Shown here piece after piece: positions 22,965 to 25,134 of a stretch of 25,134 bases of DNA; position 1 is the stretch's first letter, and each line of letters starts with the position of its first letter. The position numbers and the translations under genes were made by a program. Source of the stretch: a virus. Its lineage: Duplodnaviria > Heunggongvirae > Uroviricota > Caudoviricetes. The stretch lies in the IMG/VR virus record IMGVR_UViG_3300025944_000008, one strand, 5' to 3'. The notes under the pieces are model-generated. The model searched no databases, was not told where the DNA came from, and saw only the letters and a program-made list of their open reading frames with translations.

Positions 22965-23321
22965 ATGGGCACGGTTGGGATGGGCTTCGTTGGGCTCTTG
23001 GTGATTGGCGGGATGCTGGTCGCAATCGCTCGTCGCACCGGCAAGATGAACGCAAAATCTCGAGAGCAGGACACTCGGCAGCGATCGATGGAAGAAGGAG
23101 ACTTCCTGGCGCCGCCAGAGACGGTCATCTTCCTCATGCACAAGTGCCCGGACTGTGGGGCTGAGATTGTCGAAGGCCCTCACGGAGGCATGTCGGTCAA
23201 CTACATCTGCATCGGCCTCGGCTGCGGCTCTCGCTTCAACTCTATGGGGCCGATCGGCATCGAACGCATCTCAGAGCCTTCGCCTCGGAAAGTGCAAGTC
23301 GACAAGGTTGGACACGCATGA
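22965..23321 (+). CDS. membrane-anchored zinc-ribbon protein, 118 aa
   Basis: AGGAGG SD; N-terminal TM helix; CPDCG...C...CGSRFN. Confidence 0.85.
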   Translation: MGTVGMGFVGLLVIGGMLVAIARRTGKMNAKSREQDTRQRSMEEGDFLAPPETVIFLMHKCPDCGAEIVEGPHGGMSVNYICIGLGCGSRFNSMGPIGIERISEPSPRKVQVDKVGHA

Positions 23322-23431
23322 CGCCTACTTGGAGATTGGTGCTCGCTTTCATCTCCACAATCATCCTCCTCCCCTATTTGCATGCCTTTGTCGGAGAGCT
23401 GATCTGCCGACTCAAGAACCGCTTCGAGTAG
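23318..23431 (+). CDS. 37-aa hydrophobic peptide MTPTWRLVLAFISTIILLPYLHAFVGELICRLKNRFE
   Basis: ATGA overlap; stops just before the terminator. Confidence 0.6.
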   Translation: MTPTWRLVLAFISTIILLPYLHAFVGELICRLKNRFE

Positions 23432-23439
23432 GACTCTGG

Positions 23440-23463
23440 GAAGGCCTCGGCCTTCTCTTAGCT
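23440..23463 (+). terminator. family hairpin GAAGGC-CTCG-GCCTTC + TCTTAGCT
   Basis: After stop 23431. Confidence 0.75.
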
Positions 23464-23489
23464 GTCCGTCGCAACCGCTTCTTCTCCTC

Positions 23490-23499
23490 GGGGATAAGA
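23490..23499 (+). promoter_or_regulatory. GATAAGA motif (GGGGATAAGA)
   Basis: Heads the HTH operon. Confidence 0.7.
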
Positions 23500-23569
23500 A
23501 CTAGACGTGCATAAGGCACATTCCCATTCTGGGAATGACCTCGTCTTTAGGAAAATCAGGAGGACATCA

Positions 23570-23923
23570 ATGGCCGGTCGAACGCGTCGAGCAGTGACGG
23601 ATACGGAGCGCAAGAAGGTTCTCGAAGCTGCGGCCCAGGGCATGAACAAGACCGGGCTGTGCAAGAAGTTCAACCGCACTTGGGCCACCATCGACTCCAT
23701 CCTGGCGTTGAAGGAGAAGACGGTGGCCATCACCCTCACGAACCAGGCGCTCGAGAAGGCCAACGGGAGTGCACTGACAGTGGGCGTCGGCAATCTCCTC
23801 GATCTCCTGGCCAGCGAGCAGGACAAGAGCGATCAGCCCTATCGGGTCAAGAAGATCGCCATCGATGTGGAAACGAGAGAGTGCGAAGCCATCGTCGAGC
23901 GCAAGCTCCGGTTCACGGTGTGA
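23570..23923 (+). CDS. helix-turn-helix protein, 117 aa
   Basis: AGGAGG SD; ERKKVLEAAAQGMNKTGLCKKFNRTWATIDSIL has HTH spacing. Confidence 0.8.
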   Translation: MAGRTRRAVTDTERKKVLEAAAQGMNKTGLCKKFNRTWATIDSILALKEKTVAITLTNQALEKANGSALTVGVGNLLDLLASEQDKSDQPYRVKKIAIDVETRECEAIVERKLRFTV

Positions 23924-23924
23924 C

Positions 23925-24428
23925 GTGGAAAAGCTACGCCTCAAGAATATCCTCACCCGTTCGTTCACGAGATCTGAGCTCACCAACTTCGACGACGCCT
24001 ACTTCCATGAGCCAGGCCTCCGTGAGCTCGTCGATAGCCTCAAATCGAACGAGTGCATCGCCTTCATGTCGGTGATGAAGGACAACATCATCTTCGTCCG
24101 TGGCGATACCGAGATTTTGGAGAAGACGAGTGGGAAGCGGTGGCGGGTGCTCGGTTCGCGGCGTGTTCGCATCCGCCGCGGGCCTGGGCTGGAGAACGAC
24201 TTCGAGCCATTGATGCTGGTGAACTACGCTCGCTCAGCCGGCATCGAGCTCATCGGGTTGGAGCTCTTCGAAGAGCACCTCGCATACCTGGTGAAAGAAG
24301 AGGAGCTCAAGAAGCTCCAGGAAAAGTCAGAGGGGGGCGGGTCATGGTCGAGATCAATCACGAGATCACAGCCAAGTGGGGTAGCGAACCTGCGCCGTTC
24401 GAAGTCGAAGTCACCGTCGACGCCATAG
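23925..24428 (+). CDS. hypothetical protein, about 167 aa, weakly IS66-TnpB-like
   Basis: GTG 1 nt after the upstream stop; the fold resemblance is inference only. Confidence 0.7.
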   Translation: MEKLRLKNILTRSFTRSELTNFDDAYFHEPGLRELVDSLKSNECIAFMSVMKDNIIFVRGDTEILEKTSGKRWRVLGSRRVRIRRGPGLENDFEPLMLVNYARSAGIELIGLELFEEHLAYLVKEEELKKLQEKSEGGGSWSRSITRSQPSGVANLRRSKSKSPSTP

Positions 24429-24538
24429 GTTTCATACTGCCTCCACTGATTCCCACGATCACGTTCAACACCGATGGCGCCTTGGAATACCAGAACTACC
24501 AGATCTGGCTACTCGAAACCCGACCCTTCTTCAGGTAG
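24344..24538 (+). CDS. hypothetical protein, 64 aa (MVEINHEITAKW...)
   Basis: G-rich SD; ends just before the terminator; overlaps the previous ORF by 85 nt. Confidence 0.55.
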   Translation: MVEINHEITAKWGSEPAPFEVEVTVDAIGFILPPLIPTITFNTDGALEYQNYQIWLLETRPFFR

Positions 24539-24543
24539 GACAG

Positions 24544-24569
24544 GAGAGGCCTTGCGCCTCTTCTTAGCT
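24544..24569 (+). terminator. family hairpin GAGAGGC-CTTGC-GCCTCTT + CTTAGCT
   Basis: After stop 24538. Confidence 0.8.
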
Positions 24570-24573
24570 GTTC

Positions 24574-24583
24574 GGAGATAAGA
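24574..24583 (+). promoter_or_regulatory. GATAAGA motif (GGAGATAAGA)
   Basis: 30 nt before ATG 24604. Confidence 0.7.
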
Positions 24584-24603
24584 GAATACAGGAGGAAAAC
24601 TTC

Positions 24604-24915
24604 ATGCGCGGAAAGGCTTATTGGAGTACCCCGGCACACAGCTTTGAATCTACTGCAGTCGACGGTGAGGTCGTGAAACCCAACGCCACCGACGTGACGG
24701 TTGAAGTCAACGCCAACGTCAATGGCCTCACCTATCAGGCCATCGTGAAGAATGCCAAGTCCGATGGTTGGGTGGCCGGCACCTGGGACGCGAGCAATGG
24801 TACGAAGGGTACCTGCCAGGCCCGTCTCTACACATGCCCCGACGGCAGCATCATTCTCTTCGGGCACTGGCTCGAGTCTGGCTACCAGTACGAGTGGTTC
24901 ACCTATCTCAAATAG
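24604..24915 (+). CDS. beta-rich hypothetical protein, 103 aa
   Basis: AGGAGG SD; alternating strand-like pattern. Confidence 0.85.
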   Translation: MRGKAYWSTPAHSFESTAVDGEVVKPNATDVTVEVNANVNGLTYQAIVKNAKSDGWVAGTWDASNGTKGTCQARLYTCPDGSIILFGHWLESGYQYEWFTYLK

Positions 24916-24923
24916 GAGCTGAC

Positions 24924-25134
24924 ATGGACCAGAACAAGCTGGCGGCGTTGAAGCAAATCGGATACTCGATTCTCGGCAACTGCGGTCTCTGCGCCCACAG
25001 CACCTTCGCATCCTCGACGTCGATGTACGGCTATTGTTCTGCCATCACCTATGAGCACCTCAAGCATCTGCCGGCGACGAGGTCTCTCAGTGTCCATCGA
25101 GAGGGTCGGTGCGATCGGCTCTTCTCGTTGGACA
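24924..25134 (+). CDS. Cys/His-rich protein, 3' partial (MDQNKLAALKQIGYSILGNCGLCAH...)
   Basis: AGGAG SD; open to the window end. Confidence 0.75.
   Translation, partial: MDQNKLAALKQIGYSILGNCGLCAHSTFASSTSMYGYCSAITYEHLKHLPATRSLSVHREGRCDRLFSLD

Noticed and set aside
24332-24345. G6 run as a frameshift or assembly error explaining the 24344-24428 overlap
   Set aside because: Shifting the frame at the run does not produce a clean stop/start junction; read data are needed.
3788-24569. Terminator repeats as integron attC sites
   Set aside because: The tail is (C/T)TTAGCY, not GTTRRRY; there is no matching RYYYAAC box and no integrase in the window.
19154-24583. Spaced repeats as a CRISPR array
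   Set aside because: The repeats are short and degenerate, and are separated by whole genes of variable length.
1-25134. Assigning a host or phage family
   Set aside because: No hallmark gene is present; GC-rich codon use and the lipoprotein only suggest a high-GC, probably diderm, host.

Overview
This window looks like part of the accessory (early or host-takeover) region of a large phage or phage-like element with moderately high GC. It holds about 70 tightly packed, mostly small hypothetical ORFs, often joined by ATGA or TGATG overlaps. I found no virion, replication, integrase, tRNA, rRNA or CRISPR hallmark, so the phage call rests on architecture only. The only protein motifs I recognise with confidence are a C-terminal J-domain (HPD), a lipoprotein with a HEXXH zincin motif, a zf-HC2-like motif, an HTH and many Cys-rich zinc-binding motifs. 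The strongest signal is non-coding. A GG-N-GATAAGA motif (about 20 copies with variants) mostly sits about 24-30 nt before the first start codon of a transcription unit. About 10 hairpins share an AGAGG/GAAGG stem and a conserved (C/T)TTAGC tail. Together they divide the DNA into promoter-ORF(s)-terminator modules. Other points of interest: a paralogous gene pair, each in its own inverted module; a divergence hub at 15.8-16.7 kb with atypical composition and a 17-bp direct repeat (possible genome end or origin); a probable structured ncRNA with a C-rich loop (21966-22157); a possible circularly permuted NADAR-like enzyme upstream of a UDG-like gene; and a possible IS66 TnpA/TnpB-like pair without a transposase. 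Family resemblances come from my memory of consensus motifs and were not checked by any search.
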